Assembly: GCA_965112735.1 (NCBI GenBank)
Contig: OZ218959.1
Location: 1,116,001-1,180,000 of the forward strand
Direction of reading: 5' to 3'
DNA: 64,000 nt
DNA from: Phaeosaccion multiseriatum
Lineage: Eukaryota > Protista > Ochrophyta, other classes
The translations under genes and the position numbers were made by a program. Positions 25,801 to 38,300 of the stretch are shown piece after piece (position 1 is the stretch's first letter; every line of letters starts with the position of its first letter). The notes under the pieces are model-generated. The model worked only from the letters and a program-made list of their open reading frames with translations, searched no databases and had not been told where the DNA came from.

Positions 25801-26395
25801 AGCTTATTGTTGTTGTTCTTCTTCTTTCTTCTATCCCTCTTCGTCACCACCACCAGCCGGAAAAGGTAGGTGAAGAGCAACACCAACAGCACAAGCGCGA
25901 AGGGCGCGAGTGTGGTGGCGAGCAAACGGTTGTAAAAGCCATCCACCCCGTCAAAGGCGCAGCCGACCGACAGCAGGCGACCAACATTCAGATCCAGCAG
26001 CGACATCCACCCCAAGAAGCGCTCGTAGGAGTGCGGCAGGCGCAGGCCGGTGATGGCGAGGTACTGAGTGAGGATCTGGATCATGACCACGGGCGTGCGC
26101 AGCTTGCCCAAGGGCAGTGCTCGCACGCTCGCGCCTGCAGACAGAAGCAACTTGCCGAGTGTCGAGGCGGACTTGTCAACGTCCATGAGGGCTGCGTTGG
26201 TCTCGTCGACGAGCAGCGCCGACTGCAACGCGCGGTACAGCAGCCACAGGCCCAGCAGCACAAAGAGCGCAAGCCCCAGCAGCAGGGGCACAACGGCACG
26301 AGCGGAGGCGTTGCCCCCGGGGGGACAGCCGTTGCATTCGCGGCCGTTGAAGCGGAAGTAGTCGCTCGAGCATACCGCACAGTCTGTGCATGTGC

Positions 26396-26432
<37 letters not shown>

Positions 26433-29400
26433 CGTGAGATGGGGGGGGGGGAGGAAGAAGCACCACAGATGTGCTCTCTTTAAGGTATAGTTTTCGACGC
26501 AGTGCCGAGCAGACAGGAGAGTTCAACTACTTCGCACATGACAGAGCAAAAGGCACCGCTTCTCAAGCCATTCGAAGCATTATCGGAGCTGCCTCACTCA
26601 ATCACTCACTCATTCAGTCATCAAGGTCCATCGCTCCGTCACTTACTCATTCACTCACTCACTCCCTCACCCACTCACCACCTCACCCACTCAGCCATTC
26701 ATCGACCCACCCACGACTCCTTCCCTCCTTCTCTCCCTTCTCCCTCCGCCGCTCGACTCGCTCCCTTCCTTCCTTCCATCCACTCACATGGTCCCTCGTA
26801 CCCCGCGTTGCAGTACTCGTCCGTCTCTCTCGCAGCCACACCGCCCTTACACGCACCAGTGCCAAGGCACTCGCGCACGTCTACAGACTGCAGAGAGACT
26901 CTCCAGTGCCCCGGCAGGAGGGGAATGTCCCGTGGGGTGGTGCCCACGCCGAAGCTGCTGCAAGCCATGGTGTCTGCGTCACACACGTCGCACATCTGCG
27001 CGTGGGTGTGGGTGCGTGTGCGGGGACAAGAGGGAGGGCAGGGAGGGGGCTGAGAGAGAGAACAGAGTGCAGCAATGATGAGCGAAGAGGCAAGGCTGTA
27101 GTCGCAAAGAAGCCTCCTCCTCCTTGAGTGAGCGCTGCACCGCTCTTACGGAGTGACCTCAAGGTACGCACTGTGCGATGACTCCTCTCACTGAGCCCAT
27201 CGTTCGCCGCCTCCCCTCCCTCCTCCTCCTCCTCCTCCTCCTCCTCCTCCTCCTCCTCCTCCTCCTCCTCCTCTTTCTCCTCCTCCTCCTCCTCCTCCTC
27301 CTCCTCCTCCTCCTCCTCCTCCTCCTCCTCCTCCTGCTGCTGCTGCTGCTGCCCTCCTCTCGTACCTCGTTACGAGGGGACCAGAACTCGCCAATTCGGC
27401 AGCATGTTGTGTCGTCGTCTCCCAAGCTGATGTCCTCGCATGAGCAGGAGGAAAGGGCAGAAGCACACACCCCTGCGTCTCCTTCGCTCTCGTCGCCGCC
27501 GCACAAACCCAAGATGTCAAAGTTCCCGTAGCAGCAGCCCGCGCTGTTCCCATGAAAGGCTATTGGAGTATCAGTAACCGCCACATCAAGACCGCGACGG
27601 CGCTGCCCCTCCTCTCGACCAGCAGGGCCATCTGTGATTGTGATCGAGGCAGATGACAGTCCGCCGATGCCCCCCCCGCTCCGCTGACACTCGTTGTTGG
27701 CGACGAGGGTTCCATCCCCAATGGAGAGATCGGAATCGCCGCCCAAGTAAATGGCACCTCCGTAGGCCCCTGCCGAGTTGTTCATAACGGTCGTCGCCAA
27801 CAAGCGGAGGCTACTGACGGGGGCCACGAACAGGGCTCCGCCTGGTGAGAGGAAACGGAGGACCGGAAACGGGGGGGAGAATGTGAAACTTATTCCTTGC
27901 TCCCGCAGCCACATGAGTGAGGGAAAGAGAGGGACATGCCATTAAAACAAGATAGTAAAGAAGCCATCTCTTCGCAAGCTCAACAGAAGGCTTGGCTGTA
28001 CGTACCATTGTCCGCCGCCGCATTGAGTTGGAAGTCGCAGTTCTCAATGACTGGAACCCCTCCGTCAAAGCCCGCGATAAACACGCCTCCTCCTCTGCGG
28101 GCGGTGTTGTTGACCACTTCAGAGTCCCGCAGCGAGCCGAGGCCCTGCAAATACGCCACGTGCAGGGCTCCTCCGTCTCCGCTGGCCAAGTTGTCTCGGA
28201 AGAGGCAATTCGAGGCCGTCAGACTGATGCTCTCAAACGCTATTCCCGCTCCAGTGGAGGCGCGGTTCTTCTCAATGGTGATGACGTCCGTGGGGGTGGT
28301 GGGAGTGCCACCGTCGATGTAGAGCTCACACTCTGGGCCCGAGAAGATGCCACCCCCCGAGGTTGAAGCTTCGTTGGAGTCGAAGGTGACATTGCCCGTG
28401 ATGTTTGCATCGGATCCGTCGTTCAGGAAGAGCCCTCCACCTTTCGCGAGGGCCACGTTGCCCCTGAACTGAGCGCTGCCGGAGATGGTAGCGGTGATGA
28501 CGTCCGAAAGCAGAACCCCACCGCCGTACCTAATGGGGGCATCCGAAGGCAAGAGGGAGGGAGGGAGGGAGGGAGGGAGGGAGGGAGGGAGGGGGTGAGC
28601 TGATGACGTGATGCGAGGCCGCCATATTGTTTGACTTGTTGGCGGGTGCGAAACAACACCCTCTTCTAACAATCAAGTGGTGCAAGACGTGACACAGCCC
28701 CCACTCTCCGTCGCCATTCACCTCGCTTTGTTGTCCACAAACGAAGCTTCGTCCGAAACGTTGAGGAAGCATTTATCCACCATGAATACTGCCCCTCCGT
28801 ACAGCCCTGCGTCGTTCTCGCAGAAGGTGGCCCTCTCGCTGAGTGCCAAGGAGCTAAAGCTCTCGATGTGGACGCCGCCTCCTCCCCCGTTGGAACGGCT
28901 CACTCTATTGCGGCACATCGAGGAGTCGTCCTGCATGACGATGGAACACTTGTCCACACCGAAGACGGCGCCCCCTCCCAAGAGGGATACACACTGTTGT
29001 TTCGAGGAGCGCCCCCGGCGCAGCCCGGTGGGGGCGTGGACGGAGGGGGAAGAGCGAAGCAAAGAGAGAGAAGGACCACACATTGAGAGGCAGTCAAGGG
29101 AAGAGGTATACAGACAAGGCAAGAGCATTTCGTAGCCTTCGCTTTAGCCCGAGCCTTGGCCGCCGAGGAGGGGTTGGACGGCCAGTTCAGCCCCGGTCTG
29201 CTCTCAACCGGCGGGTAGCTACACACACGCGATCATAGGCGGATAGGTACACACCCTGCTCACCGATTCGATCGAGGACTCGCCTCTCATCTCCAGGGAG
29301 GATCCCTCCCCGGCCATGAAGACCCCTCCGCCCACACCCGATGAATTGCTGTGCGTGATGGAGGCGGTGTCGTTCATCACCAGCACTGAGCCGAACACAG

Positions 29401-29884
29401 CCATGGCACCCCCGTTCACCGCCTGGCTCGACGTGAGCACACTCGCACCCACAAGTTCCACGCGACTCCCCACCGTCCGTATGGCTCCACCATTGCTGTC
29501 GCCCTTCCCGTTGGCCATCGTCACATCCCGCAGCACCAGCACGGCCCCCTCACTCACGTCGAACAGCGTCGAGTTGTCCCCTCCATCTATCCGCGACGTT
29601 GCTGCATCCGCCCCTGTGATGGTGAGGGTGGTGTTGCCGACCACGTCGAGCTTCTCCGTTAGAAGGATATCTGCCTCCCATGCCACCTCTACTCGGACAG
29701 GTGATAGAGACGAGGCGCTCACGTTCAAAGCCTCCCGCAGCTGCGCCACATCCTCCACAGAACTCACGGTCAGGGACACGTCACCCTCGGAGTCTTGGCC
29801 ACAGACGAGTGGGAGTAGTAGGCCTAGCAGCAGCAGCAGCAGTAGCAGCAGCTGCTGCAGTCCGTGCAGCAACCTGACCCTCAT
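22893..29884 (-). CDS. Pmp-like beta-helix multi-TM surface receptor, paralog C (about 9 exons; an upstream in-frame ATG at 30121 is also possible)
   Basis: Collinear with A and B. Signal peptide MRVRLLHGLQQLLLLLLLLLGLLLPLVCG|QD from ATG 29884. The tail ends at a stop created by a 4-bp insertion. Confidence 0.85.
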
Positions 29885-31129
29885 GCTGGCGCGGGGAGCA
29901 GCACCAGCCCAGCAACCAGGCAGGTCCCGCGTGCCAGCGAAGACGCGAACCCCCCCCCCCCCCCCAAAGCCCTTACTATTCCTTGCTCCTCCACTCTTTG
30001 CTCCTCCTCTTACTCCTTTCTCCTCCTTCCTGCTCTCCTCTTCCAATATTTGGTATCTTTCTACAGTTTTCATTTCGTTCAGTGGCACCTCGCTCGTCTT
30101 TTTTCTAGCTGGTGCCATCATCTCCCCCTTTTTAGTACACTCCGCTTCTCCTCTCCCGCCGCTGTTCTGCTGTCGTCCTCCAATACATGTAATGCAGGTA
30201 GGAAGGTGTTTTTAGCCACATGATTCCACTGAGAGTTTGAGACCCTTTTCAATGGAGCCCCCCGTTATCTGACGTTGTCTCGTTTGTGTTTTCCCCCTCA
30301 AATAGGTAAGGGGGCACTGATTCGGGCACTTCCATTTTGGTTATCGTAATTGGATTCTTGGCCAACTTCTGGCCACTTTGGCTGGAATCTGCGCACAGCA
30401 GTATACCAAGTCCCTCAGCCAAGGATGCATGGGCAAAACGCCTATTGAGCTACACACCAACAAGCCGCAAGCCCTCTGGAAACGATCCTCATCGCTCGTC
30501 GCCCTGCCTGGGTATGCAACTTGCTTCACCAACTATTGTTGGAAGTACCAAGCCAACTGGGGAATTAAAGGGTTCTGACAGAATATATAGGACGACGTGT
30601 ATCGTACATAAGGCTCATAACCTGTTGAAGCTGCTCGATCTCCGTCGCTGGATGTAGATGATGCGAAGGAGAGGTAGGTAGGTAGAGATTATGTGCGTAT
30701 GTGTCAGTCGGCAGTCGTGTGAGACTAGCAAAGACTGGGGCAAGAATACGATGCTGCTACGGTCAGTTGATAGCGTACAGCAATGGGGAGCTTGAGGCTC
30801 GTAAGACGCCAGTGGACGAGGCGAATGACAAACAGAGGGCAAGCGATGGAACCGAAGAGGGGAAGGCGACACTAGATAGTGCAACCTTACCTCGAGTCCA
30901 TGTCGATGAGAGAGAGATGTTGAATCTGTTTATCTGGTTGTGAGCACTAGCTGTGCCCCTAGTCCCCGAGGGGGGAGGATAAGCGTGGCATGATTGACTG
31001 CAAGTTGCAGGCCATGTCATCACAGTGTGGTCGCAGAAGGCGCGTCCACAGAACATGAGTCTAAGCAATGTAGGCAGGGACATTTTTCCAACATTATGGT
31101 ATGCGCCCACCACAATCAGCAATCAGGCC

Positions 31130-32071
31130 TGGCGCCGGCCATAGTCGGGCCCAGGGCAGCCGGCCATACGCAGTATTCAGAAGTATCTAGAGGATGCTGG
31201 GGCCCCCTGCTGCCGACTTGTCGGTCCCGCTTTCTTTTCCTCCGTCATTCCCTCCTCTTTGCTTCTCCTCCCTCTTCTTCTTGGCCTCTTGCCGCCTCTT
31301 GTCCTTGGCCTGCTGCAGCCTCTGCCGCTCGCGCTCGTCCGCGCTGCTCAGGGGAGCTTCCATCCGTGCTGCGCTTCATCATGTCGACTGCTCTCCAGCT
31401 CCTGCAGCGCTGCTCCCCTGAGCTGCCATCCCTGCGTTTGATGAAGGCCCCTGCTCACTTCACCCCCTGCTCTTGCGCTCTGGCTGGTCTCCCGTGCCGG
31501 CCCGCTGTCGTGGTGGCTGTGTCCATGGTGGCGGCCAGGCCAGTGCGGGGGCAAGGGTGGCGGGGAGCTTTTACTACTCAGAGTCGGGCCTCTCCTGGGG
31601 GATGCGGCCGGCCTTCTTTCGTCAGGGGCATCGGCAGCAGAGCTGTTAGCGGCAACGAAGTCAGGCGGGAGGCACCACGACTTGATATGACCCTGACCCT
31701 GTCAACGGTACCCACGTTGCCGGCCCCTGAAAACTCAACTCGTAAGCCACTACGACAGATATCCCTCCTCCTTCTTCCCCTCCTTCCCTTCTTCTCTCGT
31801 TGCCCATAGTACTAGCCGAGGGACTCAGACGGGGCGCTGGCGAGTCGTGGAACTCCTGGTGCTGATGCTGCTCTCCGTGCCCTCCATCATCTAGCTCCTC
31901 CTCCAGCAGTTTGGGGGGGGGGTGGAAGGAGTGGTGGTGGTTCGCCGCGCCCCCGCCGGCCTCTGACCCTGAGCTGCCCCCCCCCCCCAAAACGGCCGAG
32001 CCCCCTCTGCGCCCTGCTTCCATTACGGTGGCTGTCCTCTCGGTGGAGTCTTCTTGATTGTCCTTTGCCAT
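31130..32071 (-). pseudogene. Degenerate coding-like remnant between the divergent Pmp-like genes
   Basis: ORF 31661..32071 is followed by charged helical fragments in shifting frames (ERQRLQQAKDKRRQEAKKKREEK). No intact reading frame or family recognised. Confidence 0.25.
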
Positions 32072-32312
32072 CCCAAGACAGAGTGGGGTGTCGTCGGATT
32101 TTTACCAGTGAAGGCAATGATTTCCAGGGGGGAGGCCGCGCAATTCGGGTTAACAGAAACCGTGATCCTCCTCTTTCCAACACAAAATGCTTGTTGGCTG
32201 TAGCGCCCGCAGAGCAGACGAATAGTTTAGGAGACAGCGAGGACAGGGGCTTTCGAGAACGAGATCTGCGGCTTTCGAGAACGAAATCCGAAGTCGGACG
32301 GAGCAAAAAAGC

Positions 32313-35300
32313 ATGTTTTCTTTTGTCTCCAAAGCGGGCTGCTGCTGGGGATCCTTGCTCATTGCCGTGCTGATTGGCCCCTGTGCGGTGGATGGGCAGG
32401 AGGCACTGACTTGCACGTCTTCGATATCCAACACGACAAGTAGTGCGTCGTTTTCCCTGGACGGAGACCTCAGCTGCGGAAGCCAAAGCACCACCAGCTC
32501 TGGAGATGAGAACTTCTACAGCGACGTATTTGTTGTCCCCGACGGAGTGGAGTGCACCCTTGTGATGTCTGCCGACTCAGGTGGGGAACTGCTGTTGCTT
32601 GTTGTAGTAGTTTTTTGCTTCGCCCCATGAATGGCTCCTGCCTGCGCGCCTGCCTGCCATCGCCCGACAGTGTTGAGCGCGCTTCACTTCTACGTAGGGC
32701 CTGGTGCAAGCCTGACGGCCGAGAGCAACGGCTTCACGCTGTCCATGGTCGATAACGTGGCCTTGCTGGAGGCGGACCCTCTACTAGGGGAGGATCAGGA
32801 CACAGATGACCTTCCCTTTTACATCAGCGATTTTACGGGACATGCCATCAACACGGGAACAGGCAGCACTTTGACCTTCGATGGAGATGTGGAGTTTCGA
32901 GGGAACACCGGTGCGGAGGTGAGAAGCCAAGCCGGCCTTCACTAGAGCGAGATGGATTTGGACAAGAAAACTAATGCTGTCCTGCCTGTTGTATCTTCCC
33001 TGGCTGGCGTCTGTCTCCTCCTCGCTCCGGCACTTGCCTGGGAGGCTCCATGCCCTGCTGCTGGCTAATGCGTGGGCCATTCTAACCATCGTTCGTCGGG
33101 ACTCAGTATGTAAGTGGAGGAGAGAGGAGGGTGTACATGCATGCAGAACCAATTCCCCTGCCAAACTCCTTTATTGATTCCCTTGTCCCCTCCTGCTCAT
33201 CCACGTCACTGACAGGGAGGGGCAGTGCATGCTGGCGTACGGAGCACGGTCACTTTCGGAGGTAACACGGTCTTTTCGGGAAACGAAGCCTCGGAGGTAC
33301 GTCTGTGCCCTTGCTTGCTGTGCCCTCTTATGTCATGGGTGGTGGGCTCGCTTGGCTGAGTCCACCGCTTCCCTTTCACCTTTCTCTTCCTGCCCAGCCA
33401 TACTTTGCTTTTAGGAGAAGCGCTCTTCCTCCTGTCCATCCATGCGCTGAATACCTCTCCGCTTTGACCAATTGAGCCGCTGCAAGCTTGGCTGCCCACG
33501 ACTCGAATGTTCTTTCTTCTCTCCAAGCGGGCGCCGATTCGCCCCCACCTTTTTTTACCCATTCCTTTCCTTCTGCTCCCGCCTTGTGTCTGATCCGTTT
33601 CTTTCCTTTTGTTCCTTTCGTTCTGCTGCCGCCTTTTTCTAACGCATTCCTTTCCTTCTGTTCCCTTCTCCCCTTCTTTCTCCTTCTGTTCGCAACAATA
33701 GTTCGGCTACGTAAGTGGCTAAGCCGCAGGAGCTGATGTGCAGACTGTTCTTTGTCCTTCTGTCTTTGTTGCACTGCCCTTGACCAGCGTGTGGTCCCTC
33801 TAGTAGTGATGCCCTTTGCTGCCTTCTACAGCCCACCTCTCACGCCACTTGTTCGAATCCGCACGGGCGCTTCATCCATTCGCGAACCCAGGCGGGAGCC
33901 GTCCTCGCCAGCCCAAACAGCTCTGTTACTTTTGAAGCCGATGCAACCTTCTCAAACAATGTGGGCCCGGTAAGGCGAGGAGGGGAGGGGAGCTTGTTAC
34001 CTGTGGAATGACATGACGAGCGTGGGAGCGCTTACTGTTTGCAAGCCGCCATTGGCCACCGTGCTGCACTTGACACGACAAGAGGGTGTGCGCGCGCGTG
34101 TGTGTGTATGTGGGTGTGGGGGTGGGTGGGTGTGGGTGTGTGCGTGTGTGTGGGGGGGTGGGTGTGGGTGCGAATGTGTGTTCTGCCGCCGTGCTCGCTT
34201 CTCCCCTGGCGTACCCTGACCCCCCGCCCCCCCCCCCCTGTGTCACCCCCCTCTCTCCTACCTACTCTGCCCCCCCTCACTCGTGTCGTCCGCTTGCCCT
34301 GCGTGCCACACCATCGGGTGCCGTCGAGCAGAACGTAAGAGTGCTGGTGATGGCTAGCGCACACGGTTTACGGTTTCCGCTTCCGCCCCCTCCCCCCCAT
34401 TGCAAAAACTATCTCTCTCTACGCCCAGTGTGCTCGCGAAAAGGAACGGCAAAACTCACGTCTGGACACGTTGCTTGCTCTTTCGTCTTGTTGGGCGTCT
34501 TGTTGGGGGTCTTGTGTTGACAGGGAGCAGGGGCTCTGTGGCTCTACGAGGAGAGCGCCGTGACTTTTGAAGGGACTGCAAGCTTCTCGGATAACAACTC
34601 CGGCAACTATGTACGTCAAGGGGTGGAGCAAAGTAGTGAGCCTTCCGTTCTTCGAATGACTCACGTCTTAACGTGACCCCTCCTGACCCCCCGACACCTT
34701 TCATGTGCCCCTATCGATGGAATGGCCTCACTTCCCGGGCGCGCTTTGAACCTGCTTCTGTCTCCGGCGCTTCATCACCTTACGGTGGCACTTCACGATG
34801 CTTGGGCACGACGCTCAGAACGTAAGTGGAAGCCTCTTGGCCGTGATTGTGCCTGGAAGGCAGAGAGGTTAGCCCCCTTGCAGTCTTGGGGCCGGCCTCC
34901 GCACGCTGAGCAAGGGAAGTAGATGGGAAAATTGTTCGCTAGCGCTGTTCATGCATGCTTGGCTGAGGAGATAGCCCAACTTCTGACATGACTCCTTGCC
35001 TAACCACCTCCTCGATCGTTCTCGCTCGGCCGACCCTCTGGACTTTCATCAGGGAGGGGCGGTGCTCGTCTGGGCTGGTGCCAGTCTGACCTTTGCGGCA
35101 GACGCCACCTTCTCCAACTGCCAGGGTGACTGGGTACGTGCAAAGTGTTGATCTCCGTCGAAAAGAGCTTCCAGAGTCCGTCTCTCTGTCCGTGCAGTGG
35201 AGCTGCTGACGCACCGTCACCACCAGCAAGAGATGCTCGGGGGGAAGAGCTTGGCAACCGACGCTCGCGCGTCTGCGTCACGTCACAGCGGGGGCGGGGA

Positions 35301-38300
35301 GGAAGAGAGGCAGCGGTGTCTTATCACTGTTCCGTCTATCGAGACTGCCGTCAACGTTGGTGTCTTCTTTCCCCCTCTCTCCTCGCTCCTTTCGCTGTCC
35401 TCTTCTGCTCTGTTCTACCCTCTCCAACAGGGAGGCGCCATCTACGCTGAAAGCGCCACAGTCGTATTCGCTGGAGAGAGCTCCTTCTCCGAGAACGTCG
35501 CCCAAACGGTGCGTGGCCGTATTTAGCAGTTATTCAACGGGTGGTCGGAAGGCGATTGGGGAAGACGGGAGGGGTGCTGCAGGCAGTCACGTGGCTGGGT
35601 AGGCCAGGTCGGCTCGCGCGGCTCGTTGTCGGTTTTGCTCGTCTTGCTTGTCAGGCGGCTTGGCTCTTTGGCCCATTGTTGCGCTAATGCCCATGAGTCC
35701 CCCTTCTTGTTTGTCACAACCGCCGGTTCTCCACCCCCGGCCCTTCATGGTGCACGCATATCCTCCTTAGTGGGTAAGTCATGAAAGAGGGCTCCTCTCT
35801 TGAGAGGGAGAGGAAGAGGGGAGAGAGGGTAACTGAAGGAGAGGCAGGGTGGAGGTCGCACGGTCGTCCCTTTACTCGCTCGGCCAGTCGGAAGTGTGTC
35901 TGACGAAAGCTGATGAATCACGTGCGTGTTGCGCCGTGCCATCAACAGGGAGGAGCGGTGTACGGAGAGTCGTCCACCTTCATCTTCGACGGAAGCGCGA
36001 CCTTCACGGCGAACGAGGCCGGGGTGAGTACACGCATATGGTACAAGTACAGGTGCATTTCTGCGCTTGACGGCCTCAGTGAAGCACCACTCCGCCTGGT
36101 GGTATTCCCTTCTTCTCCTTTACCGTCTGCTTTATGCCTTTCTCACTTGCAATCGACGCTCTTTGCTCTCTCTCTGGTCGTCTGTCTTCTTTTGCTCCCA
36201 TGACCGGCCATGTCATCCTCACGTCCCTCCCCGCGCTCCCCTGTCGCTCTGCTTTTTCCTTGTCTGTTGCATCTGACAGGATGTAAGTGTGGCAGTGAGG
36301 CAAGCACCGCTCCCCTTTTCTTGGCGCGGGGGGGGCACCAAGGCGCTGAGCTTCACATGCTTGCCGTGGAGAAGGGGCTCATACACAGCGGGCCATGGCC
36401 ATGCTCTTGTTGGCTTTTAGCAGCCCTGACGTCGTGTCCTTTTCCTTGTTTGCACATTGATAACCGCATGATAACCGCAGGGAGGTGCGCTCCTGCTGGA
36501 CGGGTGCAATGCAGCCTTCAGAGGAGAGACGACTGCTTTCGACGGAAACACGGCTGTGTCGGTGAGTGTGGCACGCGTGGCCGTCGGAGAGGGCAGGACA
36601 GGGATGGCACCAAAAGCGGAGCGGCTATCCTGGCTTTGGTAGCCAAGAGGCTAGCCCCTCGTATGATGCGTGATGGACCAAAGGGAGTGAGCCAAAGCCA
36701 AAGAGATCGAGAGAGGTCCTGCACGCTCTCCTTTGAAACGAGTGACTCCGTTCTCGCCCCCCCTTCGCTGCTGCGGTCTTTACGCATGAGATGCACAACA
36801 GCTCTGGCGCTCCTTGTTACGCCATCATCACCCACGTTGGTGCTCTAGCACCGGACACACCTCGAATCTGATGCCGCTCCGCCGTGTCCCCATGCCTTGC
36901 CTTGCTTGTCGCTCTGTCGTATCTCTTTCTCTTGCGTCGTCTGCCCGGCGCTCCTGCTGTGGGGTGTCGACACCTCGTTCATGTCCTCTTTCTCGTGCCT
37001 ACCAAGGCTGGGAGCGGGGGGGGTCTCCTCGTACGAGCGGACGGCCTGGTCACCTTTACCGACGTTAGCTTCACGGGGAATTCTGCCGGCTATGTAAGCG
37101 AGGTTGCCTTCTTCCCGCCCTACCCCTCCTCAACCCGCGAATCGTCCTCCATGTCTGTGTGCGAATGGCCCGCACGTAATGCGTGAGGAGGTGCTGGAAA
37201 GAGGTGTCTAACTGATCTAACGGTACTGCCCTTTGCTTGCGACCGGAGCAGCGAGGTGCTGCTTCTCTTCTAATGCGCACCACCGCTGTCGGACACTCCT
37301 TTGCGATGCTTTGCGATGGCATACTATTGATCGCGGCGTGGCCCATTTTCGTCTCACTCTTTGCCTCTCCTTTCGCCCCTCGTCTCCCCGGACTGGCTGG
37401 GTGCCCCTGCGCTCGGCCCGCCTTTTTGTGGTCGCCGTGACTTCGGCCAATCATTAGTATGTAAGTAGCAAGGGCAACTGGCTTTGCATGCACATGATCT
37501 GAGAGGAGGGTAGGAGGGAACGACGGAAACCCATTGCCTGGGAGGAGGGAACATGGCGTGTGTGGAGAGGCCCACAGGCCATTGCTTGTAGCAGCCGTTC
37601 GCTGCCGCCCGTTCCCGACCCCACACTCCTCCCCCCCCCCCCCGCGCCTCCCCATCCTCGTCGCTGCCTTACGGGGGCGCCATTCGGCTGCCTTCCTCTC
37701 TATAGGGCGGGGCACTCTCCGTGGATTACAGTACCAACGTTACCTTCCTGGAGCCCGCGACCTTCACTCAGAACAGCGGCGGCTACGGAGGGGCGGTGGG
37801 GGTGTCAGGCGAGGTGGGCGCCCTGTTTGCCAAGGGAGCCCTGTTTACGGACAACTCGGCTGGTGACGACGGCGGCGCCGTTTATGTAGATGACGACGCG
37901 CGTGTTCGATTCGGCTCCGGGGGAGACACCATCTTTCGGGAGAACCAAGCCGAGGAGGATGGTGGGGCCATTGGCGGCAACTTTAATAGCCTTGTCGACT
38001 TTGAGGGAGATGTATCGTTCGAGTCCAACACGGCACGCAACGATGGGGGCGCAGTGAGTGCCGGATATCGCAGTATCTTCACCTTTGACGGAGACGCCAA
38101 CTTCGTCGGCAACGAGGCCACCTTCAACGGCGGAGCGGTGTACGTTTCCGAAGGGCGCGTGTTGTTCCAGGGCGACACCACGGAGTTTTCGGACAATTCC
38201 GCCACCTCGGGCGGCGATGCCATCTTCGTTGAAACGACTGGGAACCCGCTGGTCAGGTTGTGCGGCACGGTGGGAGGCTCGGACTCCCTGCAGGATTCGT

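Noticed and set aside
31150-31200. Minus-strand peptide ILLNTAYGRL resembling family-B DNA polymerase motif B
   Set aside because: It is preceded immediately by a stop, lacks the conserved Lys, and no other polymerase motifs are nearby.
35134-35430. Additional microexons in this intron and in 36562..37006
   Set aside because: No YAG-3n-GTAAG cassette was found; there are only weak candidates such as TAG|CCCCTC|GTATGA near 36655.
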